Positions 38,801 through 48,669 of a DNA stretch of 64,000 nt are shown in pieces; positions within the stretch are counted from its first letter, which is position 1; each line of letters begins with the position of its first letter. The stretch lies in the IMG/VR virus record IMGVR_UViG_3300025929_000014, positions 41,787-105,786 of that record; one strand, 5' to 3'. Source of the DNA: a virus. The notes beneath the pieces were generated by a model. That model ran no database searches and was not told where the DNA came from. It worked only from the letters and a program-made list of their open reading frames with translations. The translations under genes were made by a program, and so were the position numbers.

Positions 38801-39351
38801 TAACTGATCCTCGCGACGCCGCCGCCACCACCAGGCACGGCAGGCGGTGTGGTGACGATCTGGCCGCCGCCGCCAGGCAGAATGGGGATGGAGAGCGCCT
38901 GGCTGGCGCTGTTGGCGAGCTTGGTGACGGCCGTCGGCAGCTGCTGCCCATACTCCGCCAGCTCGATGCGATACTGGTTATAGAGGTGCATGTCGCTGGT
39001 AATGGAATCCTCGAAGACGTTCACATAGACGAACTTGGTATCGGTGAAGCGGCTGGGGAACTTGAAGGTGACGATGCGTTCGTTGTTGCCTGCTTTGGGG
39101 CGAAAACGCTCCATGGCGGTGAGCCCTTTGACGCCGGCTACGCCGGTGAAGCCTTCCAGCGAGTAGACGGTCTGCCGGGCGCCGAACGACATGCGGATGA
39201 TGCCGGCCCTGGTGGGCAGATCCACATGAATCGCTTCCGAGCGTTCGGTGTAACTGGTGGGATTGATGTGAAACTGCACGCCGTCGATGCTGCAGGTGAC
39301 GTAATTGCCCCGCTTCTTGGGATCGAGAAAGTCCTGATAGGGATTGCTCAC
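38800..39351 (-). CDS. Tail tube initiator-like protein
   Basis: FHINPTSY..LPTRAG..SFG..LEGFTG; follows tape measure. Confidence 0.65.
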   Translation of the reverse strand: MSNPYQDFLDPKKRGNYVTCSIDGVQFHINPTSYTERSEAIHVDLPTRAGIIRMSFGARQTVYSLEGFTGVAGVKGLTAMERFRPKAGNNERIVTFKFPSRFTDTKFVYVNVFEDSITSDMHLYNQYRIELAEYGQQLPTAVTKLANSASQALSIPILPGGGGQIVTTPPAVPGGGGGVARIS

Positions 39352-42150
39352 TTAGCGGCTCCGATGGTTCGGGGGGCGTGGGGGCGGCTTTTGCTGGGTC
39401 GGCCCATTGGTGCTGGAGTGTTTGGGGTGGGTGGTGGTCTGGCCGACGGGGACACGCGTGTGATGGGGCGGAATGGTTACCGTGCCGACCTGATTCCCGG
39501 CGCCGTCTTTAACGATCAGCGTGCCGGTGACCACGATATCGACGTTCTGCGCGGCCGCCAGGACGCCCTGCGCGTATGCCGGTCCCTCACCGTAGCCGGC
39601 GAGCCCGGCCGCGAGCGAGCCGCCATTCTTTTTGATTTGCCAGTTGAGATACCACTCGGACGCAACAATCGCCTGCATGGGATCATAGGCATTGAACTTC
39701 TTCTTGTAGAAGGGGCTGGTAGGGTCGCCTTCTACTGAGCCGGGACCGTTGTCGCCTGCGGTAGAGGGAAGAAACTGTCCCAGACCCATGGCGCCACTGG
39801 TCTTGTTGGTAGCGGTGGGATCGAAGCCATTGCTCTCGCGGTTAATCATGGCGAGAAGTACGGCAAGGGGTACGCCGTAGGGATTGATGCGTTTGTTGTT
39901 GGTGGCAGACTCGAAGGCGCTTACATATTGCGACGGCACCGGGTTGTAGCCGCCAGATTGATTTTGCACCTCAATCGTGCCGGCTGGATGCGGACCAATG
40001 AACTGGCGTCCCATGCCCGTCTGGGTGGGATGGAAGCCGTACTGGCCGACGACGGGAATAGCGGAGAGGTCGTACGGCACTTTGCCGACATTAAAGGCCA
40101 GATGACCGCCTGTGACCGGCCCGCCCATCAGATAGCCGGGAGATCCATGCGAAGCAGTGGCCTCTTGGGCACCGTGCGGGATCTGGTTGGGCAGCTGGAC
40201 GTTCTTGAAGTTGGGATTGTGGAGCGTCGTGTCGTTGGGGCTGTCGCTGCTGCTGCCTCCCGGCTGCACGGCGCCCAGAATATCCTGGAGATCGTGGTGC
40301 AGCGTGCCGAGCGTCACCGATGCGGCTTCGGCGGCAATCTTAATCTTGTTCAAGTGATCCACTTGCTGTCCGGCCGCATCCGCCATGGTCTGCTGCCAGC
40401 TCTGCGCGCTGCCCAGTCCCTCGCCCTTCTGGAACTTTGCCGCCAGTGCTTCTGCCTGCTTATCCTTGCCTTTCAGCCAGAGATCGATGAGCTGCAGCTG
40501 CTGTTGCGGCGCCAGATTGGAGATGCCGGTCAGACCCAGATTCTGGATCATGCCCAGGCTTACTTCCCTGGAGGTGGCATCCCTCCCAGGATTGGTGGTG
40601 CGCAGGTAGCGCCCAATGGCATCGAACATCTGATCGGGATGGCCGCCCTTGCCGTTGATACCAATCTGTGCCCCCAGGAACTTACTCATGTCGCCGCCGA
40701 AGAGCAGCGCCGCGTCCTGGATAGCCGATGTGCCGGTGGCGCTCATCACCGGCGACATCAGGTCGCCCACATTGATGCCGGCGCCTCCGGTGACGTTCTT
40801 GGTGAGCAGGCTGGAGATGGATGCCAGACCGGAGATGCCGGAGTCGGGTCCGCCGACGGCCAGCGCCACGCCGTTACTGGCCTGTTCGAGGCTGGTGAAG
40901 GACTCGATCAGTTTGTCGATGCTGACGCCAAAGGTCTTACCCTGGCGCACCAGCTGCTGGAAGACCATGGTGGTCTGATCGACGGAGAGTCCCTGCTTAC
41001 CCATCAAGACGCCGGTAAGCGTGCCGAGCGCGGGAATACCGCTGTCATCGGCGCCGATGGCGCGGCCGAGCGAGAAGGTCGCCCTGGCGCCGCCCACCAG
41101 ATTCTTGGTGCCGGAGACGCCGGCCAGTTCGAGCTGTTTCGCCAGCGCCATGGCGGTAGAGGAGTGATACCAGTAGTTCTGCGCGGCCCCACCTGTGCCG
41201 CCCAGCTGGTTGACCAGATCCATGGCGCCAGCCGGTGACATGCCGGCCGGGTTGGGGGTGCCGGCGCGTAGGTCATATGCCGTCACATGCGCTGCAGTAT
41301 GGATCTTGTTATAGATCTCCTCGCCGATGACGCCGACGCCGACGACGGCGACGCTCAGGGCCGCGATGCCACCGAGAATGCCGAGCATGCCCTCAACCAG
41401 GCCCGCACCGCCAGCTCCTTCGATGGCCGCAGCGTCTCCTCCTGCCTGCGCAAGCGTGGCAGAGCCTGCCGCAGACGAAGACCCGCGCAACATGCGAATG
41501 GCGGAGAGCCCGCTCTGATACACGCCGCCCACCGTACTCCGGCCGGTAAACGCCTGCTGGATGCCACCAAAGATAAGATTGCGGCCAAGGGGACCAGCGT
41601 TGCCGTAGGCCAGGGCGCCCAGCTGCGAGAGCGAGCGGGAGTTGAAGATCGACTTGACCAGATGGCCCTTCTCCTGCTCCAGCAGCTCGCTCTTCTTACG
41701 CCGCAGATCCTCCTCGCCTCTAATCTGCTTATTGAGGGCGTCGATTTGCGCTTGCATCTGCGTGCTGGCACGGTCCACCGAGAGGCGGCGAATGGCCTCT
41801 TCCCTGGGCGTTTCCGGCTCCGGCCCAGGTGGGCTCTTGGCCATCTGGAAGCCGACATTCGGTCCCAGACGCATAAAGGCCGTCAGCTGCTTCACCATGG
41901 TGTCCAGGCTCTGCAGCATATTGGTGAGGTCGGGGTTATTGGCGCGCAGATCGGGCGATCCGGCCAGACGGTTCTGGATAGCGGCCGGCGAGGAGAAGGT
42001 CTCCCGTAGCCCGGCGAACTGTTTATTGCCCAGCTGCACGATCTGTGCTTCGAGCTTGGCTATATCCGTCTGCAGCTGCTTGACTTTCCCCTGGATGGGG
42101 GTAATGTCAGCATCTATTTTGGTGGTAACGCGCTTGGTGTCGCTGGACAT
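39352..42150 (-). CDS. Tape measure protein with lytic transglycosylase (SLT) domain
   Basis: Long helical Ala/Gly protein after chaperones; INRESNGFDP..GAMGLGQFLPST..AGYGEG. Confidence 0.88.
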   Translation of the reverse strand: MSSDTKRVTTKIDADITPIQGKVKQLQTDIAKLEAQIVQLGNKQFAGLRETFSSPAAIQNRLAGSPDLRANNPDLTNMLQSLDTMVKQLTAFMRLGPNVGFQMAKSPPGPEPETPREEAIRRLSVDRASTQMQAQIDALNKQIRGEEDLRRKKSELLEQEKGHLVKSIFNSRSLSQLGALAYGNAGPLGRNLIFGGIQQAFTGRSTVGGVYQSGLSAIRMLRGSSSAAGSATLAQAGGDAAAIEGAGGAGLVEGMLGILGGIAALSVAVVGVGVIGEEIYNKIHTAAHVTAYDLRAGTPNPAGMSPAGAMDLVNQLGGTGGAAQNYWYHSSTAMALAKQLELAGVSGTKNLVGGARATFSLGRAIGADDSGIPALGTLTGVLMGKQGLSVDQTTMVFQQLVRQGKTFGVSIDKLIESFTSLEQASNGVALAVGGPDSGISGLASISSLLTKNVTGGAGINVGDLMSPVMSATGTSAIQDAALLFGGDMSKFLGAQIGINGKGGHPDQMFDAIGRYLRTTNPGRDATSREVSLGMIQNLGLTGISNLAPQQQLQLIDLWLKGKDKQAEALAAKFQKGEGLGSAQSWQQTMADAAGQQVDHLNKIKIAAEAASVTLGTLHHDLQDILGAVQPGGSSSDSPNDTTLHNPNFKNVQLPNQIPHGAQEATASHGSPGYLMGGPVTGGHLAFNVGKVPYDLSAIPVVGQYGFHPTQTGMGRQFIGPHPAGTIEVQNQSGGYNPVPSQYVSAFESATNNKRINPYGVPLAVLLAMINRESNGFDPTATNKTSGAMGLGQFLPSTAGDNGPGSVEGDPTSPFYKKKFNAYDPMQAIVASEWYLNWQIKKNGGSLAAGLAGYGEGPAYAQGVLAAAQNVDIVVTGTLIVKDGAGNQVGTVTIPPHHTRVPVGQTTTHPKHSSTNGPTQQKPPPRPPNHRSR

Positions 42151-42524
42151 TAGAGGTCGGGTGCTCCAGCCGCGCGCCTATCGCGCACTATCTGTTCCTG
42201 GATATCGAGCGGAATGTAGGCGGTGTCCGCGTCCCGGAAGTAGGGGTCTTCGGTGCAGAAGAGCGCGAGCGGATCGACCGGCGCGATAGATTTGTCTTCG
42301 CCGCTAATCACCTTGACCGCCTTATCAGGATTATGGGTTGCCAACAGGAAGAGGGCCGCCAGATGGCGCCGATCCTCATCAGCGCGTTTGGCCGCCTCCA
42401 CTTCGTCCTCCCTGGTGTGGAAGAGGACGAATGCCCATTGCTTTGCGGTTAACTGCCCCCTGGAAAACGCGCCGATCCGGTCAAGGGCTCGCCATTCGAG
42501 GACCGTTCGGCGTCGATATTTGGG
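42150..42524 (-). CDS. Tail assembly chaperone, -1 frameshifted extension (gpGT-like)
   Basis: -1 frame open from slippery site C CCA AAT (42518-42524) to TAA at 42150. Confidence 0.7.
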   Translation of the reverse strand, partial: PKYRRRTVLEWRALDRIGAFSRGQLTAKQWAFVLFHTREDEVEAAKRADEDRRHLAALFLLATHNPDKAVKVISGEDKSIAPVDPLALFCTEDPYFRDADTAYIPLDIQEQIVRDRRAAGAPDL

Positions 42525-42973
42525 TCGCTGAGAATCTCGCTGAGTTCTAAAAGCGGCTGCCGGGCTGCCAGGTCGTAGTTGACCAGGATGGCATCCAGGA
42601 GGGGGCCGGGCCAGGTATGCACCCAGTTGGCGCGCATAATCAGCTCGTTGGGATAGAGCGTGCCGGCCGGATCGCGTAAGGGCTCGTTCTTGCTCCAGTT
42701 CACCGGCACATCGTCAACGGCATCGACGGTATAGGCAGCGCGTAGCTCGCCCTCGCGCATGATGCGCTGCTCTTCTGGAAAGCTCTTCACGCGGGAGATG
42801 AGGTCGATCTCCTCCGAGTTGGTGAGGACGTGGTAGGAGATGGTGCGGATGGTATTGCGCCAGATGATGTCGCGCTTAATGGGCGCGAGAATGCCCCAGA
42901 ACTGGAAGAGGGGATCGAGGGGGGTTTCCTCAACAACCCCCTCGTCCGGTGCGCCTTGTTCGTTTTCGTCCAT
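42449..42973 (-). CDS. Tail assembly chaperone (gpG-like)
   Basis: Between tube and tape measure; GGGAGAG SD. Confidence 0.75.
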   Translation of the reverse strand: MDENEQGAPDEGVVEETPLDPLFQFWGILAPIKRDIIWRNTIRTISYHVLTNSEEIDLISRVKSFPEEQRIMREGELRAAYTVDAVDDVPVNWSKNEPLRDPAGTLYPNELIMRANWVHTWPGPLLDAILVNYDLAARQPLLELSEILSDPNIDAERSSNGEPLTGSARFPGGS

Positions 42974-43000
42974 AAACTCTCCCTCGTACGCGTGTGGTGC

Positions 43001-43678
43001 TTAGTCGCCATCCCGGTTCATATTGGGGTTGTTGAACGGGAGGGATCCTGGGGTTTGATTGGTCGGCGCTGCGGCTGGGGCTGCACCGCCCGCATCGGCG
43101 AACTTGCCGGCGCCCCAGAGCTGCTGGAGGTTCGAGAGCTGGTATTCGCCGCCCATGTCCGAGCGGTTGTAGCCCTTGCCGATGAAGTTGAAATCTTCGG
43201 AAATCAGCGTCATGGGGTCGGAGAAGCTCCAGGTGTACTCGGTGATCCAGACGGTCATCCAGCTCCAGGTCGCCGTCTCCACCGTCGGTGCGCCGGACGG
43301 ACCCTGATAGTTGAAGCTGTACTGCCAGATGAAGGGGCACATGCGGAAGTCGATATCCGAGAGGTTGCTGTATTCGCGCGCCAGCAGCTCCTGCATATCG
43401 GCGCCACGCAGCTGGAAGCGGGAACCCGATCCCTGCCACTGGCGCATGCCGAAGACCGGCTCGTTCCAGTCGTTGCCGGCCATGGCCCGGAAGTTGGTGC
43501 CATTGCTTTCCGAGATGCGGAATGCCTGCATACCGCCGACAACTTTCGGCGTGCCGCCCGGTGTGAAGATGGAGAGCGAGCCGAAGAGCGTATGGCGTCC
43601 CAGGCTGACATTGCCCTTGCCGACGCCATCGGGGTACGGCACGCCCGGTATATGTTGATTGCGGATAGTGCCTGCCAC
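43001..43678 (-). CDS. Tail tube protein
   Basis: Directly after sheath; VGGMQAFRISE..ITEYTWSF; start uncertain. Confidence 0.7.
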   Translation of the reverse strand: MAGTIRNQHIPGVPYPDGVGKGNVSLGRHTLFGSLSIFTPGGTPKVVGGMQAFRISESNGTNFRAMAGNDWNEPVFGMRQWQGSGSRFQLRGADMQELLAREYSNLSDIDFRMCPFIWQYSFNYQGPSGAPTVETATWSWMTVWITEYTWSFSDPMTLISEDFNFIGKGYNRSDMGGEYQLSNLQQLWGAGKFADAGGAAPAAAPTNQTPGSLPFNNPNMNRDGD

Positions 43679-43727
43679 TGTGGGGAACCTCGTGGGAGAG
43701 TACAGTTGTCTTCCGACAACTTTGGGG

Positions 43728-45209
43728 CTAAATGAAAGTGAAGCTCGTGACGATGCTGATGGTGGTGATGGGGAAGCGGGTGATATAGGAGACCGTCACT
43801 GCGTAGATCAGCGTGTTGGGATCGACACTGACGGTGACCGAGTTCACGCCGTTGATGGTGCTGCCCAGGCGCGCCAGCCCCGCCCGCACCGCAGCCTGTA
43901 GCTGCGTGGTGAGCGTCGCCAGGTTCGGCGACGGGCGGCCCTTGAAGGGGCTGACGGCCGCGACGGTGACCAGTGACACCGCGTCGTCGATGTCCTGGAC
44001 ATTGAACTGGTAGAAGGGGTTCACCAGGTTCGAGTTGGTGCCTAGCGTGTAGGGAGCGGTGGAGACCGCATCACGCACCAGCAGCAGGGCGCTGGAGGCA
44101 GGCTGCTCGAAGACCAGGAGTCCTGCTGCGGCCAGCAGATTGAGGTCGGTCGTCTGCAGGGGCGCAGTCTTATCGCTGGGGATGGCCAGCCCGGAGAATC
44201 CGGCGATGGGGAAGCGCGTGGCGGTCTCTTCGGTCGGCCCGACGGCTTTGAGTCCGGCATACGCTGCCGCCAGATAGATGCCGTCGTAGATGGTCGTCGT
44301 ACCGGTGGCGGGGTTGACGGCGAAGGCGCCATCGTGGCCGATACAGACAAACCGGCTGGAGTTCATGTTGTTATAGGAGGTGGAGAGGCTGGCGAAGGTG
44401 GTGCCCAGGGCCGGCCCCAGAATGGCCTTGCGGAACTGGTTGATGGAGAGGGCAGCCGTGATGTGGCTGGAGAGGGCGCCGGAGATGGTGGAGGCATCGA
44501 AGCCGGCCCAGATATAGTCCACGCTAAAGGCCAGCGAGTTGGCCAGCGCAGCCGCGACACTCGCATCGCCGGCTGCCGTGCCGAGCCCATCGGCGCCGCC
44601 GGCCAGGGCCTGGTTGACGACCGCAGCCGGGATATTCGCGCCCAGGGCGCCGGTTACCTGCACAGCGCTGCCCGGATTATTGAGCGGATTGGCGCCATTG
44701 ATGGCGGCCTGGATTTTGGCGTTGCTCGTCAGGTCGTAACTGGTATTGGCGTAGGTCTGGAGGACGGTTGTGCCGTTCAGGATCTGAATCTGCGTGACTA
44801 CTGTGGCCGCGACGGTAACGGTCAGCTTCAGCGCATTGCCGGCCGAGCCGGCGAACATGCCGATACCGACCAGATTAAAGCTGGTGCCGGAAGTCTGGGC
44901 CACCACCGCAGCCGTCGCGCGCGTGACGCCGGTACGGCAGACCAGGAGGTTATAGGCGCTATTCGTGGTAGGCTGGCGCTGAATGGAGGCGTAATAGCCG
45001 CCGAGCGGAATAGAGTAGCCGGTGCTGGTCGCCTGACCGGGATCGCCGAAAATGGACGCCAGCTGGGCGAGCGGGATGAGCACCGGAGTATCCGGTCCCT
45101 TGGGCGCCGTGCCCAGCAGCAGCAGGGTCTTACCAGGCACGCCGCCAATCAGCTGCTGGCTGGCACCCTGCGAGATAACGGTGACCGAAGGAGGGGCATA
45201 CGTGGCCAT
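43728..45209 (-). CDS. Tail sheath protein
   Basis: YAPPSV, LLGTAPKGP, GSAGN, LAGGADG, LAAAYAG, FPITTI. Confidence 0.88.
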   Translation of the reverse strand: MATYAPPSVTVISQGASQQLIGGVPGKTLLLLGTAPKGPDTPVLIPLAQLASIFGDPGQATSTGYSIPLGGYYASIQRQPTTNSAYNLLVCRTGVTRATAAVVAQTSGTSFNLVGIGMFAGSAGNALKLTVTVAATVVTQIQILNGTTVLQTYANTSYDLTSNAKIQAAINGANPLNNPGSAVQVTGALGANIPAAVVNQALAGGADGLGTAAGDASVAAALANSLAFSVDYIWAGFDASTISGALSSHITAALSINQFRKAILGPALGTTFASLSTSYNNMNSSRFVCIGHDGAFAVNPATGTTTIYDGIYLAAAYAGLKAVGPTEETATRFPIAGFSGLAIPSDKTAPLQTTDLNLLAAAGLLVFEQPASSALLLVRDAVSTAPYTLGTNSNLVNPFYQFNVQDIDDAVSLVTVAAVSPFKGRPSPNLATLTTQLQAAVRAGLARLGSTINGVNSVTVSVDPNTLIYAVTVSYITRFPITTISIVTSFTFI

Positions 45210-45218
45210 GGAGTGTCC

Positions 45219-45866
45219 TTAAATGATGATGGTCGTGTCTGTAGCCTGGGCATAGGGGGGTGTGCCGGCGTCGGTGGTGACGGTGGGGAAGATAGTGAAG
45301 CCGGTTGGCACCAGGGGGTTCTGGCTCCACTGCATGAAGAGATCGCATTCCAGGGGTAGGGTCAGCTCGTAGACCTGCCCTTCGGGGCGGGGCTCGTCAA
45401 GATTGGCGGACGGCGCGTCTACAGCGCCAAAGCCGGTAACGATAATGCCGCAGAGGCCCAGGTTATGCAGGACGGCCTGTTCCCATTGGTTGCCGGAGGT
45501 GTCGGTGCTGTAGCCGGCGAGAATACCGGAGACCAGCGCGTCGAGGAGATACCAGCGTTCGGCGTCTTTGCGCGCCTTGATGATCAGCACGATGCGGCTC
45601 TCGCTGGCGCGTACCTGATAGACGAAGGTGTTGGTGAGGGGATCGAGCAGCTGCAGGTTCATGCCGCTCATAAAGCGGATGGCGCCGGGCTGCACGGTAA
45701 CCACCACTTCGGAGAACTCGCTCTCCAGGTCGGCGTAGATGGAGCGCATCGGCACCGTAATAGGCTGACCAAACTCGTCCAGGAGGTTGTCGAGAATCGG
45801 CTGCAGACAGGCAATGGCGTTGTAGATCACCGCTTCGTAGAGATTGAGGTAGGGGCCAGCAGACAC
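45219..45866 (-). CDS. Tail terminator/completion protein
   Basis: Synteny immediately upstream of sheath. Confidence 0.55.
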   Translation of the reverse strand: MSAGPYLNLYEAVIYNAIACLQPILDNLLDEFGQPITVPMRSIYADLESEFSEVVVTVQPGAIRFMSGMNLQLLDPLTNTFVYQVRASESRIVLIIKARKDAERWYLLDALVSGILAGYSTDTSGNQWEQAVLHNLGLCGIIVTGFGAVDAPSANLDEPRPEGQVYELTLPLECDLFMQWSQNPLVPTGFTIFPTVTTDAGTPPYAQATDTTIII

Positions 45867-46277
45867 TTAGAACTTCTTTTGTGTACGGCTATCAACATTC
45901 GCGAGCAGGTTTTGTACGCGCGCGGACTGCCAGGCGGCATCGAGGAAAGGGTGTGCTTTGGTGCCAGGGTGCTTGACCTGCGCTACTACCTGGTTGCCGG
46001 AGCGCCCAAAGAAGCTCAGGGCTTTTCTGGACTTGGGGCGAATGCGATGCGGCTTGGTGCCGGTTTCCCGATACCAGGCCAGCGTGGGCAGGAGCAGCTG
46101 CCCTTTCTGAGCGCCCTGCTCCTCCCAGCGCACGGAGCGCGCGAGCGAGGCCGGCAGCCGGCTGCGGACTTCTTGTGCCCAGGCCCGTCCGACGTTATGA
46201 AACGTCTGGCTCTGTGCCTTCTTGTCCGGCAGGAGCTGCTGCACTAGCTGGTTGAAGTGGGTCGCTAAGATGCCCAT
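45867..46277 (-). CDS. HK97 gp10-like neck/tail completion protein
   Basis: ETGTKPHRIRPK..KALSF..VKHPGTKAHPFL. Confidence 0.8.
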   Translation of the reverse strand: MGILATHFNQLVQQLLPDKKAQSQTFHNVGRAWAQEVRSRLPASLARSVRWEEQGAQKGQLLLPTLAWYRETGTKPHRIRPKSRKALSFFGRSGNQVVAQVKHPGTKAHPFLDAAWQSARVQNLLANVDSRTQKKF

Positions 46278-46479
46278 AATCCTCGACCGGCGCGTCAATC
46301 GGCGCAGGAGGAATGAAGAGCGGCTGGGGGAGATAGTCGGTGTAGCCGCGTTTGTAGAGGGCCGGCAGATGCCAGCTGTATACCTCTATTGTACCAGTTG
46401 CCGGATCAGTCGGATAAAAGGTGCCGTCAACGCCGGTAACGGCTTTGCCGCGCGGAACGGTGAGTCGTATCTTTTCCAT
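46195..46479 (-). CDS. Small head-associated protein
   Basis: GGGAG SD; N-terminus resembles 52710-52913 product. Confidence 0.6.
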   Translation of the reverse strand: MEKIRLTVPRGKAVTGVDGTFYPTDPATGTIEVYSWHLPALYKRGYTDYLPQPLFIPPAPIDAPVEDYGHLSDPLQPASAAAPAGQEGTEPDVS

Positions 46480-46491
46480 GCTTTTCGCTCC

Positions 46492-47040
46492 CTATGTCGT
46501 GGGAATACTGTAAATGATGTCGCCGGGCTTGCGCGCTTCGAGGGCCACCGTCCAGACAATGGTCTCCCCCCAGACCTGGGCCGGCGCGAGGTGATCGGCG
46601 ACCACGCAGCGCGAGCCGTCCGGGCGAATAATTACGTCGAACTTCTTGAGGCTGTAGGGGGGCTGGTAAATCAGCACCGGTCCCTCATAGTTAATGGCGC
46701 CGTAATCCTTCAGCTCGCTGCTGGTCGGCTTATCGTTGATGCCGCAGAGCAGTGTCTGGGGCGCCATATAGCCCAGGCGCGTGAGGCTGGTGGCCGGATC
46801 GGGGGCTTGCCAGCCGACGCCGAAGCTGCCATCGGAGAGTCCGGTCACCTGCTTACGAATGGGATCCCAGGACGGTGTATGCGTGGCGCCGGGTGTGAAC
46901 TGGTTGATGGCGGGAAGCTGAAGGCATTGCTCGTTATAGCCTCTGAGTACCCAGCCCATCCAGAACGCGCCGAAGACGCGCGCCAGGGGATGCGCGAGCT
47001 TTGGATACTGCAGCTGGCCGCCGAGAACGGGACTGGACAT
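46492..47040 (-). CDS. Head closure/neck protein
   Basis: LKKFDVIIRPDGSRCVV..IIYSIP; neck region position. Confidence 0.55.
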   Translation of the reverse strand: MSSPVLGGQLQYPKLAHPLARVFGAFWMGWVLRGYNEQCLQLPAINQFTPGATHTPSWDPIRKQVTGLSDGSFGVGWQAPDPATSLTRLGYMAPQTLLCGINDKPTSSELKDYGAINYEGPVLIYQPPYSLKKFDVIIRPDGSRCVVADHLAPAQVWGETIVWTVALEARKPGDIIYSIPTT

Positions 47041-47043
47041 CGC

Positions 47044-48669
47044 TTAATGCACCGGGTAGGGACGATTGGGGCCGGGCAACACGGTGGGCACCGGTGTGGG
47101 GATGGGCGTCGGCGTCGGCGGCGTCTGCAGCACCAGCACCGCGCCTGCCGTCGTGCCCAGGGCGATGGTCGCTCCCTGCGCTGAGCCGTAGAGATCGTTA
47201 TATGAGCCTGCCGGCAGCGTCACTGTATAGCTCACCGTCGAGCTGGGATTGGCGAAGACAATGCCATTGGTGAACACCCGCTCGTAGATCGTCCCGGCTG
47301 GAGAGACGTTCGTGTACGGCACATACCGGCCGATGGGTGTGCCCAGGTTCGCGCTGTACTCCGTGAAGTTGCTGCTCCCCCAGATGCAGCTGTACTGCTG
47401 TATCCCGCCTTCCCAGAAATAGGTGGAGCTATTCTCGATGAGCAACGTATTGGCGAGCGCCCATTGTGTTTCGGCGTGCGTGATGGTCGGCAGGGTACAG
47501 CCGCTGAACGCCCCTGGCTCCTCGTTGGAAGAGAGCAGCGCGTGCCAGGTCGAGCTATGGAGCCAACCGTCGAGGAAGGTCCACATGGTAGTGAGATTCG
47601 AGTCTACGATCTGCGGCAGACAATTCGCGCCGCACGCCGTGAAGCCGTTTTCCATGAAGTCAATGGGTATCTGGTTTAACAGCGTTTGTGAATCGGTCAC
47701 GTAGCTCGGATTATAGGTGAAGTTATAGGAGACCAGGGCTGCGGGGAAGTTCGTATGCAGCCACGCGGTATACGCCGTTGCCATGGCGATTTCCGTTGCC
47801 CGATAATTCGGGTCGTTGTTGACCGCCAGGTACTGATCGCAAAAACCCTCAATCGGGTGCCAGGTCCAGCTGGCATTGTTTTGACAGCGCTGCTGCGCGG
47901 CCACAGCGTTTGGCCCGGTGGCATAATAGCCGCAGCGCTGACCCGTATACGCGCCGTCGTTCGCCACCTGATAGTTGTCGAAGCTGATGCCATCGAACTT
48001 AAAGCCGACCATGGACTTGCCGTCCACATTGCCCACCAATGTGCCGGTAAGGGCAGGCTTGAGCCACGTCTGCTCGATGTAGTTCTGGACGGCAGGATTG
48101 GCGCCGTCCAGCGGCATTTTCGGGTCGTTGCTGAACTCCCAGGCGACATCTTGCCCCGGCAAATTGGCGCCCCCACTGGGGGCAAACAATCCACTGGTAG
48201 CGGTGGCAAAGGTCACATTATCGCCGATAGTGGCGCAGGTGAAACCGGATTGGCTGGCCGTGATCTCGATCCAATCGGGATGATTGGCGACATACCAGGA
48301 AAGTGGCTGCGCCGCCGTGAAGTTACCGCCAGTAAACGCCTGATCCCGGTCGCCTTCCTGGTAGAACAACCTGGAAATGGTACTCGTGGCTTGCGGGAAA
48401 ACGCTCGAAAACACCAGCTGGACATTCGGCGTGGTGGAGAGTTCGGTGGAGGGCGTGGCGTTTCCTGAGCCTGGTGTCTCATACGGCTCGAAGAGCGCGA
48501 TAGCCCCCTGTGCAGTGGAATCGCCCGGCAGCACAATGCCGGCGAAATGGCCGGCTGGCGGTGTGCTGGCGTGGAGTGGGAGGATGGTCACCAGCACCAG
48601 GGCGAGTGCCATCAGCCCATGCACGATGGAATGGATAGTGGTAGATCGCGAGAGAGAAGGAACAGTCAC
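47044..48669 (-). CDS. Secreted putative glycoside hydrolase (GHL15-like) with Pro/Thr tail
   Basis: Signal peptide; NHPDW, FDGISFDN, MENGF, LGTPIG, YERVFTNGIVFANPS; TPPTPTPIPTP. Confidence 0.65.
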   Translation of the reverse strand: MTVPSLSRSTTIHSIVHGLMALALVLVTILPLHASTPPAGHFAGIVLPGDSTAQGAIALFEPYETPGSGNATPSTELSTTPNVQLVFSSVFPQATSTISRLFYQEGDRDQAFTGGNFTAAQPLSWYVANHPDWIEITASQSGFTCATIGDNVTFATATSGLFAPSGGANLPGQDVAWEFSNDPKMPLDGANPAVQNYIEQTWLKPALTGTLVGNVDGKSMVGFKFDGISFDNYQVANDGAYTGQRCGYYATGPNAVAAQQRCQNNASWTWHPIEGFCDQYLAVNNDPNYRATEIAMATAYTAWLHTNFPAALVSYNFTYNPSYVTDSQTLLNQIPIDFMENGFTACGANCLPQIVDSNLTTMWTFLDGWLHSSTWHALLSSNEEPGAFSGCTLPTITHAETQWALANTLLIENSSTYFWEGGIQQYSCIWGSSNFTEYSANLGTPIGRYVPYTNVSPAGTIYERVFTNGIVFANPSSTVSYTVTLPAGSYNDLYGSAQGATIALGTTAGAVLVLQTPPTPTPIPTPVPTVLPGPNRPYPVH

